Shown here one piece after another: positions 12,228 to 22,755 of a stretch of DNA of 27,294 bases. The stretch is from Ginkgo biloba (taxonomy: Eukaryota > Plantae > Ginkgophyta): positions 12,754,434 to 12,781,727 of the forward strand of contig JANKJI020000004.1 of assembly GCA_024626585.2 (NCBI GenBank), given 5' to 3'. The stretch's first letter is position 1; each line of letters begins with the position of its first letter. The notes beneath the pieces were generated by a model. The model did no database searches and had not been told where the DNA came from. It worked only from the letters and a program-made list of their open reading frames with translations. Position numbers and translations under genes: made by a program.

Positions 12228-14054
12228 CCTTTGGTTTCAAGTAGCCTCTCTTTCATGGCTCCCTTTGGTAATCATGGGCCCTTTTCCTTTTGGTTCAACT
12301 TTTGGCCTCATTAACTAATATTAGGTCTTTGTCTTCAACCTTCCATTTCAAATACCTTTTCTACTATATTTTGAGGAAAACCTTTTGAAACCAGTGGCAA
12401 GAGGTCAGAAGAGGAATATAGATAAATTCTTATTTGAACAAAGGCGAGTTGTGCATGGTGATGTATTGGACATGGAGATGTTCAAAGTTTCGGGCTTGAT
12501 CATATTCATCTCTTATACTACAACAAAATGGGACAAAGAAAGGCAATCCTTACTTTTTCATTATGGCTCCTAAACCTTCTCCTTTCTCTAATGGTTAAGC
12601 AATTTATCAATTGCAATGCACTATACTCTTAATGAGAAAATTGATTCGTAAAAAGATTGTGTTGTTAATTGTTTCAAGGTTTGTGAATGATTTGGTCAAA
12701 ATGCACATAATTTTATATTTAAATATTTTGCTTTGAAATTATAATCATTAATCCCTTATGAACATTAAGACTAGCAAGTGAACATGTTAATCACACATCT
12801 AATAAACTAGGATGAGCTATGGCTAAATTAGGAAATTGATATATTAGATTTTTTAGTGCCCATAACTACTTTCCATTGGCATTGAGCATGGCTACGGATA
12901 GTACAAGGAGCATCTTGTAGGTCTATGCCTGCATATGCAAGGTGGCTTGAAAATTACCTCCATGATTATCATATATCTTTAATACAAGAATATTTTAAAT
13001 AGTCATCATGGCCTATGAGANNNNNNNNNNTCTTGGTAACAAAATTTCACTCAACAATCCCTTACTTGCTATTGACATAAAGCCTAGGCTATCAACTATC
13101 AACCACCATCTATTGTATCCACAAATTCTCTCTTCATATCAATGAAAGTGGTTTTTATCTCATAGGAAAGAGGACTTGTCTAGATGTGCCACATGTGAAT
13201 CAAATACTTACTTTGGTTTATTATGGCTACCTATGTTTCTTGAGCATAATGAAGAATTCCATTATCATTATTGAAGTTGACGATACCCACCTAATTTGAT
13301 TGGGTATGTAGTTCCTATTTGGAAAGTCCAAATCTTTGTTGCCAACCTAGTCATCTATTCTTCTCAAATCTAACACATTTTCATGGAAGTCCACATAATT
13401 TCCTTCAATTTGTGCCTTGCATTTGGCCTTCTCCCTCTTCATATCTATGAATCTAGATTTTCCTTAAGGAGCTTTCTTGAAGTTGAAACCCAACCCCTTC
13501 ATTATTTATCCATAGCCACACATTCTTGGGTATACAGGGTATACAACTTTCATTAGGAACTTCTTTGAATCCCAAACCCTCTTTTAACTATCTATGGTAC
13601 ATAAATTCCTGGTTATACAACCAGCATAGTTATCTTCAGCCTATTTATTGCATCCATTAATATTAAAGATAAGAAAACCAAATAAAATGGCCAAGTACAG
13701 GCTCGGATAGGGTTCAACTAAACAAATACATTCTAGAAATATCAGCAATTACACTAGGAAAGTTGCTATACAAATCCAAACACTAATGGCTTTATTGGTC
13801 TAATAATATAAACAAAATTATAAAGGCAAGATTAACACAATCGAGAATCCAAAGAAAACAGAAATGGAGAAATTATATTTAAATGAACCAATAAAAATGT
13901 TGAATACCCAACTGTTATATCTTTTGCATTTCCTTTCAACTGTCAAAAACTTAAAAAACAGAACATGGGGATTTAAAAATAAGGAAAAAAATTGTGGATC
14001 TGAATTAGATAGCAAAAGTTAAATTATTGAAACAACAGATTTTAAAAGGCATAC

Positions 14055-14143
14055 CAAATGATGGATTGGAACCGTTGTCAGAGTCCCAAAACGCCCATTT
14101 ATGCGCCCCACAATCTCATGAACCTGACTTGTCAGTTTTTGAT
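14055..14143 (-). CDS. TPS1: TPS1-like exon E: (Y)QKLTSQVHEIVGRINGRFGTLTTVPIHHL
   Basis: Acceptor tttgcag|AT, donor TTG|gtatgc. 89 nt, phase 1 to 0. Not in the ORF track (too short). Confidence 0.95.
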
Positions 14144-16100
14144 CTGCAAAGTTAGACATTAACTCTCAGCAATAATTAAGAAAGATCTGGTATAGCATTT
14201 AAAGTAATCAATATAAATATAGTTTGTGCTTTTCATTTGTTAAACAAACATGGAAATCCCAAGTTTAAATAGAAATAAGCTTAAAAATTTTAAGTTTTAG
14301 CTTGAAAAGAGTCAAAATACCAATATCAAAAANNNNNNNNNNNNNNNNNNNNNNNNNNNNNNNNNNNNNNNNNNNNNNNNNNNNNNNNNNNNNNNNNNNN
14401 NNNNNNNNNNNNNNNNNNNNNNNNNNNNNNNNNNNNNNNNNNNNNNNNNNNNNNNNNNNNNNNNNNNNNNNNNNNNNNNNNNNNNNNNNNNNNNNNNNNN
14501 NNNNNNNNNNNNNNNNNNNNNNNNNNNNNNNNNNNNNNNNNNNNNNNNNNNNNNNNNNNNNNNNNNNNNNNNNNNNNNNNNNNNNNNNNNNNNNNNNNNN
14601 NNNNNNNNNNNNNNNNNNNNNNNNNNNNNNNNNNNNNNNNNNNNNNNNNNNNNNNNNNNNNNNNNNNNNNNNNNNNNNNNNNNNNNNNNNNNNNNNNNNN
14701 NNNNNNNNAGTTAAGGCACAAACCCACCAATTTCCTATAAAAATCCCTTGAAATGGTAATATTTTATACTTGAAAGTTATTTATGGGGAGCATTGAAGAT
14801 CCACTAGTCAGTCCATCTATAAATCATTTTAAGGAGTGGTACAGAGGTGTAATGATGGGGAAGGAAAAGAGAGTAAAGAAGCAGCATAGGCAGCAGCATG
14901 TGAGTATGAGGCATCTCAGCCAAGACAGCCAGTTTTAGTTTCAGGTGGTTTTCTAAACAGGAGAATGCAACTGAATTTTCTTTTTCCATTGATCATCAAT
15001 CCACATTTTGAAAGTAGCAGAGATTGCCTCTTATAGGTCAGTTGAAGCAATGATAAGCTATTCCACCACACCAAGATAAGAGTTGGCTATAATTAAAATT
15101 ACCAAGAATTCAACAGAGGAAAGAAAGAAGAGATCTCTTAAAACAGAAAAGACAGTTTGCTCAACATCTTCTAAGAGTAGAAACAAACTGCATGCAAATG
15201 TAATAGGACAGGTAGAGAGACAAAAATTTCTGGATTCATAACATAGAAATGCAAATCAAACTGTCTATAAATCAGATCTTGTGGAAAGAACTCCAAGAGA
15301 AAACACGTTAGCTTCAAGCTTAGAATAAAGCACAAGGCTAGAATGTATACAAAACGATGAGTTACAATAAGAAGATAGACAGTAGTAACCTTCCATTGAC
15401 AATGCAAATTATTTTTTGTCACCCACAACATGGAAGTCAGCTAGCCTCTAGTATGTTATGAATTTCTTTGTCGTTTCTGGATCTTAGCAAAAGCAAACCA
15501 GAACAACAGCATTTTAAAACATTTGAAAAAATTGAATAACGCCATGCAATAGTATCGTTTAGGACCTACACTCCAAGAATATTAAGCAGTTCAATATTTG
15601 ACCTATTAGCTTTAACCTAAGGGATATATCCATCTAATATAAGCCTGCTCAGTAATACCAAACTCTAAGTAACATTTAGCTAACTAATAATCACAATTCC
15701 ACATTGGCTGTTTACTAATTTCAATTCTGATTTTAGTCTGTTCTGCCTTTTGGAGTTTCATTGCAGCTATGAAACAGGAATCTCTATTTTGGAGCAATTG
15801 AATGGTTTGTACTACATTACACACACACATATCTTACTACCTTTTAGCCTTTATTTATACACACGTGATGTTCATTTGCTATTACTGGGGTAAATCCTCA
15901 CTTTGTTCACCCTAGAACATGCTTCTCTAGACCCATAGCTGTCAAAAACTAAAGGGTTGGCAGTATGAATACCAACAGTTCCACGGTAACATAACTTCTT
16001 TTACATGACACATCTCCATCCATACAACCTCAAACAAATTTCTAGAAATATCCAAAATCACAATCTGAAAGGGAAGCATCATTTGATAAAATAAACATAC

Positions 16101-16107
16101 ATTCAGG
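16101..16107 (-). CDS. TPS1: Probable true 3' end of TPS1 exon D (CCT GAA T = P-E + phase-1 T) with donor gtatgt, exposed at the edge of a 100-N gap
   Basis: The minus strand reads NNN-CCTGAAT|GTATGTTT. The conserved exon end is ...TDVPE+T, and exon E begins with AT, giving T|AT = Tyr. Only 7 coding nt are visible. Confidence 0.75.
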
Positions 16108-17150
16108 NNNNNNNNNNNNNNNNNNNNNNNNNNNNNNNNNNNNNNNNNNNNNNNNNNNNNNNNNNNNNNNNNNNNNNNNNNNNNNNNNNNNNNNNNNNNN
16201 NNNNNNNCCTTACTATCTTAGCTATTTGAATTAGTTTCAAATCAACTTCAAACATGCACAAATCTATTGCAAAAATATTGCAACCATGCCTGTAGCATGC
16301 CCTTCATCATACATAAAAATCTCACAATTCTTTCACCATTTTTTAATTCTGTGTCATTTAACTTTCGTTGCAACAGTCTCTATGTCTGCAAATTTTACAA
16401 CATATCTCAATCGATGTCTTTGGAGGAGGAAAACACATCTTTCCATGCCATGTTAACTAAACGCATTTTCACACATTAGAAATTCTCATCCATTTTTTGT
16501 CTTGTTTGGTGCCATTTCATCATCATCGTGTTTTGGGATAACACATTATAAACATTCAATCATATCTGCTACATTAGAACAACTTCCATATCTACTCGAC
16601 TACGTTCTTCTCCACACAAGTACTATTGCTTAAGGGGGCGCCTCCCAAACTATAATGAATTTCTACTTGGGAGAGAAATTACAATTGAGAAGATACTTAC
16701 ATGCAGCTGGAAAACTTGATTCCTTGATGGCTCCTCACCAATGCTCCTCCAGAACCAAAAAATTTTAGTTAGGCGACGCTCGCCTTTTACAACATGGGCA
16801 TAAGCCTTACAAATTTATAAACTTCAATATGGTGGAGAAAATAACTTGAGGCACTACTTAACTTTACAGAGAGGTCCTCATTGCCAATTTTTATCATGAG
16901 CCCTTTAAGCCTAACTTTTCCTTTTAACCCTCTTTCACACATAAAAATACTCTTAAACCTCTCACCCATTTTTAGTTTCGACTATGCCATTCAACTATCC
17001 TTACAATAGTCTACTTACCTGCAAATTTCCAGGTTTTAATTCCACACGGTTTGCAAAACAAACATTAAATCCTTTAAGCTTTTAACCCTTGGTCACCATA
17101 TGACCATCTTGCTTCATTACCAACCAAAAATAGTTCAAAAAATAATTTTA

Positions 17151-17210
17151 GTGGATTTGAACTCGTGACCTCATAACTATTAATCAAAATTTTTATCATT
17201 GTGCCATGAA
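17151..17210 (-). mobile_element. tRNA-like (A-box/B-box) head of a SINE or MITE remnant
   Basis: The minus strand has TGGCACAATGAT...GAGGTCACGAGTTCAAATCC (B-box GTTCRANNC). A similar GAGTTCAAATC occurs at ~7625 on the + strand. No cloverleaf. Confidence 0.3.
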
Positions 17211-17672
17211 TGCTAATTAAGATTGAAGGTAGATAATAAAATATTTATCTTCTTACAAATACTTTTTTAAATTAAAAAAAAAGAAAAAATATGGGGCTTG
17301 GTGACTAAACTTCAAACAAATAAATAAAATAATTATAATTTTTTTTTAGGTCTTGTAAGGTTCGCCACCTATAAATGTTTCACCTCCATATGTAAATTTT
17401 TTGAAGCCTCCTTACACCATGCATGCTTATGCGATCCTTCATCATCTATTCTTTGGAATCATCTACATCTACATCTCTCACCACTGTTGATTCTCCTCCA
17501 TGTTCCACGTACATAACAAGATGAGGGTCTACATCTTCCTCCACTTCATCTTTTAGACATCAAATAAAGGAGGCCATTCTATAAAAATGACATCCACAAT
17601 TGTTTCTTAGTTATGATGAACTTGCCATTCAGTCTTAAACATCATCTCTTTAGCATAAGTAAATGTGGGCCA

Positions 17673-17809
17673 TAGTTGTGCCTCAATGATCACATCATTT
17701 AACTCACTGAATTAGTTCAAATGATGGATATGCACCCCACAATATCATGAATCTGTCTTGTGATTTTTATATAATCAATAACATCTGTCCTTGTTGGTAT
17801 AATTATCTA
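17673..17809 (-). pseudogene. Degraded, intron-less (processed) TPS1 fragment: *IIIPTRTDVID|YIKITRQIHDIVGCI..IHHL..SELNDVIIEAQL
   Basis: The exon D/E junction is fused with no intron (GAT T|AT at 17773/17772). 36/44 nt match the real exon E at 14143 onward. A 34-nt deletion follows, then exactly the last 11 nt of exon E, then a peptide matching the far-downstream TPS1 segment SELNDTVIEAQL. Confidence 0.85.
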
Positions 17810-17923
17810 CACTAAAACCACTTTATCCCGCCAAGGTGGATTCTCTTCTAGGAACTTCTCAAATGCCAAAATCTTTTGAGGAATTCCTTTGATCATGTCC
17901 AGCCGATCAACACCTAACATGAC
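17810..17923 (-). CDS. TPS1: TPS1-like exon D, intact 5' part: VMLGVDRLDMIKGIPQKILAFEKFLEENPPWRDKVVLV (contains the catalytic-site R..K of GVDRLDMIKG)
   Basis: Acceptor gagcag|GTC at 17925-17924, then 38 conserved codons. It runs into an in-frame TAG (17809-17807) and degraded sequence with no donor at the expected position. Confidence 0.88.
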
Positions 17924-18262
17924 CTGCTCTTCCAAACAGATAAAGAAATTGTTATTCAAATTTCCATGTGCAAATTAGAGAAAAAAATAGCAGAGAACCA
18001 AAATGGAAACTGGATTTAGAGGTTTCAGAACATGCTACTCAGTTTAAAAGACTCAAACAATTAGGTAGTAAACTAGAGGATTGACAACCATAATCATAAA
18101 ACGATGCAAGTTGTCTTTCCATATTGAACAAAATAACGAGCTTTTCACCTCTGTTCACANNNNNNNNNNNNNNNNNTGAAACTGTCATGTGCAGACGTAC
18201 AAGGACAGAAAGGCTGCAGGATTCCTTTGTCAGTATGCTTTGCTGAATCACTCATGAATTTA

Positions 18263-18375
18263 AAGGAGGATTATTCTAGTGTGTATTCAGTGCAACTGAT
18301 GATTCAAGTATGATTGATTTGTAAGAAGGATTATTCTAGTGTTCATTCAGTGGAAATGATGATTTAAGCATGATT
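18263..18375. repeat. Two-copy 60-bp tandem duplication (aggattattctagtgt..attcagtg.aa.tgatgatt.aag.atgatt)
   Basis: Successive 60-nt lines align with each other; the period is exactly 60 with scattered substitutions. Confidence 0.9.
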
Positions 18376-18525
18376 TTCGAAAAGCACAAGAAACAAAGAA
18401 ATTCCTCAATGTATATCCATGTGAGAAATCTAATAAGCAAATTTCAACTGTAAAAGCCCCACTGCCATAACTGCATCAATGCACCTGTCTCCCGAGAAAG
18501 GAGAGTTTAAAGAACCTAACAGCAC

Positions 18526-18972
18526 TGAAGGAAANNNNNNNNNNGTACACAGCTCAACAAACTCTCATACTCCCAAGGATCTTCTCTTACACAAATCAAA
18601 ATCTACAATATACAACAATGCACAAATTACTCCTCAATGATGTAAACAACAACATCTAAATTAATACGTAATACACACTACAAAAGCTAGAGAGGAGAGG
18701 TGGAGTGCAATAGTGCAACTCCAACACAATCGACTTTACAATACATGCCCTATTTAATGCCCCTAACTTTTGTAACTCATGCCTTCATGTTAGACATGTG
18801 GCNNNNNNNNNNNNNNNNNNNNNNNNNNNNNNNNNNNNNNTTACAATATTCCAATATTTATTTCCCTCACTAACTTCTTTGACATGTGACCACTCACTTA
18901 ACATTAAATGACTGCTAACATAAATGTGACTTGACTTTAATACTGACCTCTAATTGACATTAATTTCCAACA
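18526..18972 (-). mobile_element. Solo LTR (~450 bp including two small gaps) with a 5-bp target-site duplication AGCAC
   Basis: AGCAC (18521-18525)|TGAAGGAAA...TTTCCAACA|AGCAC (18973-18977). TG...CA termini with an imperfect terminal inverted repeat. The strand is inferred from the TGTTGG start and a TAAATAG TATA-like motif on the minus strand. Confidence 0.8.
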
Positions 18973-19122
18973 AGCACAATTCCATACTTAGAGGTTTGCA
19001 AAAACAAAAACAGAAATGGTTGTCAAAGTTATTCTTAATATATAGCAGCAAAGAATGCATAGGAAAAACTTTTAAAAAAAGGGCGGTCTCAAGTGAAATA
19101 TGAAATGTTCACTTGGGTGTTA

Positions 19123-19140
19123 TGTGTGTGTGTGTGTGTG
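19123..19140. repeat. (TG)n microsatellite
   Basis: Directly visible TG run. Confidence 0.9.
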
Positions 19141-20285
19141 CAATGTTTTGAGCATAAACAGAGTACAGAAACTGGACTCCAAACCTAATGGTTTATTCCA
19201 CAATTAGATATCAAAGTGTTGGCTTTCTGCAAAGGTAATGTAGGAATAAATAATGAATCAACCAACTTGAACAAAGGTTGATCTACAGGCTTTCATGGTA
19301 CAAAGGCCATATAGATGTTGCCTGTTGGAAATTTTGTCGATATATCTAACATGGGGAGATATAATTTTTTTTAATATGCCAATGTAATAAATCCAATCAA
19401 ACTTCAGCAAGAAAAAGCAGAAATATAAAAATTCCCTTAACCATTTCCAAAGACTCATGTTGTTCAATTTAGATAAACCTTTGGCAGTTCGGAAAAGAAG
19501 TTAGATAACACAATACTAAGAAATAGAAATCTGTATGATGTGGAATCATCATTTAATGAAANNNNNNNNNNNNNNNNNNNNNNNNNNNNNNNNNNNNNNN
19601 NNNNNNNNNNNNNNNNNNNNNNNNNNNNNNNNNNNNNNNNNNNNNNNNNNNNNNNNNNNNNNNNNNNNNNNNNNNNNNNNNNNNNNNNNNNNNNNNNNNN
19701 NNNNNNNNNNNNNNNNNNNNNNNNNNNNNNNNNNNNNNNNNNNNNNNNNNNNNNNNNNNNNNNNNNNNNNNNNNNNNNNNNNNNNNNNNNNNNNNNNNNN
19801 NNNNNNNNNNNNNNNNNNNNNNNNNNNNNNNNNNNNNNNNNNNNNNNNNNNNNNNNNNNNNNNNNNNNNNNNNNNNNNNNNNNNNNNNNNNNNNNNNNNN
19901 NNNNNNNNNNNNNNNNNNNNNNNNNNNNNNNNNNNNNNNNNNNNNNNNNNNNNNNNNNNNNNNNNNNNNNNNNNNNNNNNNNNNNNNNNNNNNNNNNNNN
20001 NNNNNNNNNNNNNNNNNNNNNNNNNNNNNNNNNNNNNNNNNNNNNNNNNNNNNNNNNNNNNNNNNNNNNNNNNNNNNNNNNNNNNNNNNNNNNNNNNNNN
20101 NNNNNNNNNNNNNNCAAAATACATCTCATTTCTTGTACCAATGTACAACTTAAAATGATCTACAAACTAAAGCAGCTTCACAAAGCAAATTGGCACAAAA
20201 ATATAACCCAAAGTACTACAAAACAATGAAGCAAATGAGATTGTAATGCAAATCTCATAACCAAAAATCAGGCTAAAGAGAATAC

Positions 20286-20400
20286 CGCAGCAACACGAGT
20301 AAGTTTTCCCTGGTCTTCTACTCCTTCTGGTGTTCCCTCCAATCCAAGGATTCGTGTGCATGCACTTACAAAATGTCTTGCATAGTCATAAGTATGGAAA
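20286..20400 (-). CDS. TPS1: TPS1-like exon B: (G)FHTYDYARHFVSACTRILGLEGTPEGVEDQGKLTRVAA
   Basis: Acceptor tctgtcag|T, donor GCG|gtatt. 115 nt; completes the GG|T Gly codon from exon A. Matches the class I TPS sequence. Confidence 0.96.
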
Positions 20401-22093
20401 CTGACAGAAGCAAAGAGAAGGACAAACTCATGATATACTCGATAGTCATATCCATTCTTTATAATCAAGAATTAATATCCATATTAAATGCTCCAAAAAT
20501 GTGGCTAAAAGACCCTCACAAAACAGCTGATTTCAAAACTATCAAATCAAATGCCAGTAAGAGTAAACAACTTAAAGATGTAAGACACCTAGACTACTTG
20601 CCATAAATTTTTGTCAAATGCCTGTTGAAGAATGCATGAAGCAACAGCAAAATCATACCAAAACGATCCCATACAGAATGATAAAGGCTATCTTATGACA
20701 CTTGTCACCATAATGCAAAAGGGAAAACAAGAAACAAACACATGGTACGTCGCCCCCTGTGATGTGTCAACACACCTTTGAGAAGTATGACAAAAATCAG
20801 GTCAAAAATTAGATGTCCCTATTTCACCATCTTCCATTGGACTTATAAATTGGGTCCAGTGTTATATTTGGAAAAATATCCCAGATTACCTAGTTGTCAA
20901 TTGCCAGGGAGAATTTCTGGGAATACTGACTTGTTTAAGATAAAAACAAGCATGAAAATACAAATGTTAAATCCTCAACTTTCTCTTCTTTTTCACACCT
21001 CAAATGCATGCATCTAGCTAAAGGCATAGTTACAATGAAACTTAGAATCATGAAACATTCACCCTGAGGAAGGACTCTGAACAGGTTTCATTAAGAACTG
21101 AAACATAGGAAACAGTAATTGTGAGTGTGCCTGCTTAAATATTATAAATTAGTAAATCAACAAAATATCCAAGCTAAGAATNNNNNNNNNNNNNNNNNNN
21201 NNNNNNNNNNNNNNNNNNNNNNNNNNNNNNNNNNNNNNNNNNNNNNNNNNNNNNNNNNNNNNNNNNNNNNNNNNNNNNNNNNNNNNNNNNNNNNNNNNNN
21301 NNNNNNNNNNNNNNNNNNNNNNNNNNNNNNNNNNNNNNNNNNNNNNNNNNNNNNNNNNNNNNNNNNNNNNNNNNNNNNNNNNNNNNNNNNNNNNNNNNNN
21401 NNNNNNNNNNNNNNNNNNNNNNNNNNNNNNNNNNNNNNNNNNNNNNNNNNNNNNNNNNNNNNNNNNNNNNNNNNNNNNNNNNNNNNNNNNNNNNNNNNNN
21501 NNNNNNNNNNNNNNNNNNNNNNNNNNNNNNNNNNNNNNNNNNNNNNNNNNNNNNNNNNNNNNNNNNNNNNNNNNNNNNNNNNNNNNNNNNNNNNNNNNNN
21601 NNNNNNNNNNNNNNNNNNNNNNNNNNNNNNNNNNNNNNNNNNNNNNNNNNNNNNNNNNNNNNNNNNNNNNNNNNNNNNNNNNNNNNNNNNNNNNNNNNNN
21701 NNNNNNNNNNNNNNNNNNNNNNNNNNAAGCGATCCATTTGCTGCAACAGTTCTACATTGTTGTGCTCATAAACCAAATCTGCAGCTGTGAGCCTCGACTT
21801 CGTTTCACCTTTTACGTCACACTAGGCTAATATGGCTCAAATTATAATGTTACATCCCTCACTTAACAAATCATATTGATCAGCATTACACCATGCCGAA
21901 CAATCAAAAAATCAGAACAACATAAATCATAATAATACACAATGAAATAAAGCAAGCACAACAAGATGAATATCATGCAGGATTATTCAGGCAAATATCA
22001 AGTACAACAGTGAAGTCAACCACCCATACGTACTCTACATAAAAAGGCCAAAGAGTCCAGGCTTAAAATGTTTAGAACTGAAGGTGCTAGTGG

Positions 22094-22280
22094 ATATATC
22101 TATATCTATCTAGATGTTTATCTACACACACACACACATATCTATACGTATTTATCTATCTATATTATGCACATATACATATACATAAATACACACACAT
22201 GTATATGTATATGTATATGTGAATAATATAGATATATAGGTATGAGTGTGTATATACACACACACACACAAAAAAAAAAA
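22094..22280. repeat. Compound microsatellite (TA/CA/TATG/TATC) ending in poly(A)
   Basis: Directly visible. Confidence 0.9.
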
Positions 22281-22289
22281 GCAATGTTC

Positions 22290-22755
22290 AACCGTACGAA
22301 ACAGGACAGAGAAATGGAACGGGAACGGGAATGGCAAAACGAAACAAAATGGGATAGAACATGCCGAATGGAATGGGAATGGCAAAACAGAACAAAATAG
22401 AATGGGAATGGAAGAACGTAACAGAAAATGAAAATTGGACCATAATGGAAATTGAAAACGGGACAAGAGCAGAAGATAAAAATAGAACGATTGAATGAAC
22501 AAAACGGAAATAGAAAATGGAAATGAGACGAGAAGGAAAGATGAAAACGAAACGGTAATAGAACGATTGATTGAATGAAACAGAAGATGAATATAGGATA
22601 GAAAGAAAAATGAAAGCAAAACAAAAACAGAAGATAAAAACAAAATGACTGACCAAACAAAATGGAAGATGAAAACAGGACGAGAATGAAAAATAGACAT
22701 AAGCCAAGAAGGGAAGATGAAAATGAAAACAAACGGCACAAGAGATAGAACAAAG
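22290..22755 (+). repeat. Degenerate purine-rich 5-6-mer array (GGAAT/GAAAC/AAACGG-like)
   Basis: Strongly A/G-biased + strand built from GAATG/GAAAC/AAAAC units. It produces the spurious F/S/L-rich minus-strand ORFs. Confidence 0.8.

Noticed and set aside
16623-16797. Possible hAT-derived MITE ends (AGGCG...CGCCTTTTACAACATGG) and an RNase-H-like GSGGALVRSHQG peptide followed by gtaagt
   Set aside because: Too degenerate; no TSD and no matching exon context.
17807-17809. Calling the whole TPS1 gene a pseudogene because of the in-frame TAG
   Set aside because: All other exons are intact with canonical splice sites, and the true exon end appears at 16107-16101. The stop belongs to the degraded processed copy.
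19464-21790. Long ORFs of ~200 aa in the ORF track (also 11349-12065 and 14302-14751)
   Set aside because: These are artefacts of translating through N-gaps.
22152-22753. Three long hydrophobic minus-strand ORFs (195, 197, 139 aa) resembling membrane proteins
   Set aside because: They are open in all frames only because the low-complexity T/C-rich repeat lacks stop codons. No domain signature.
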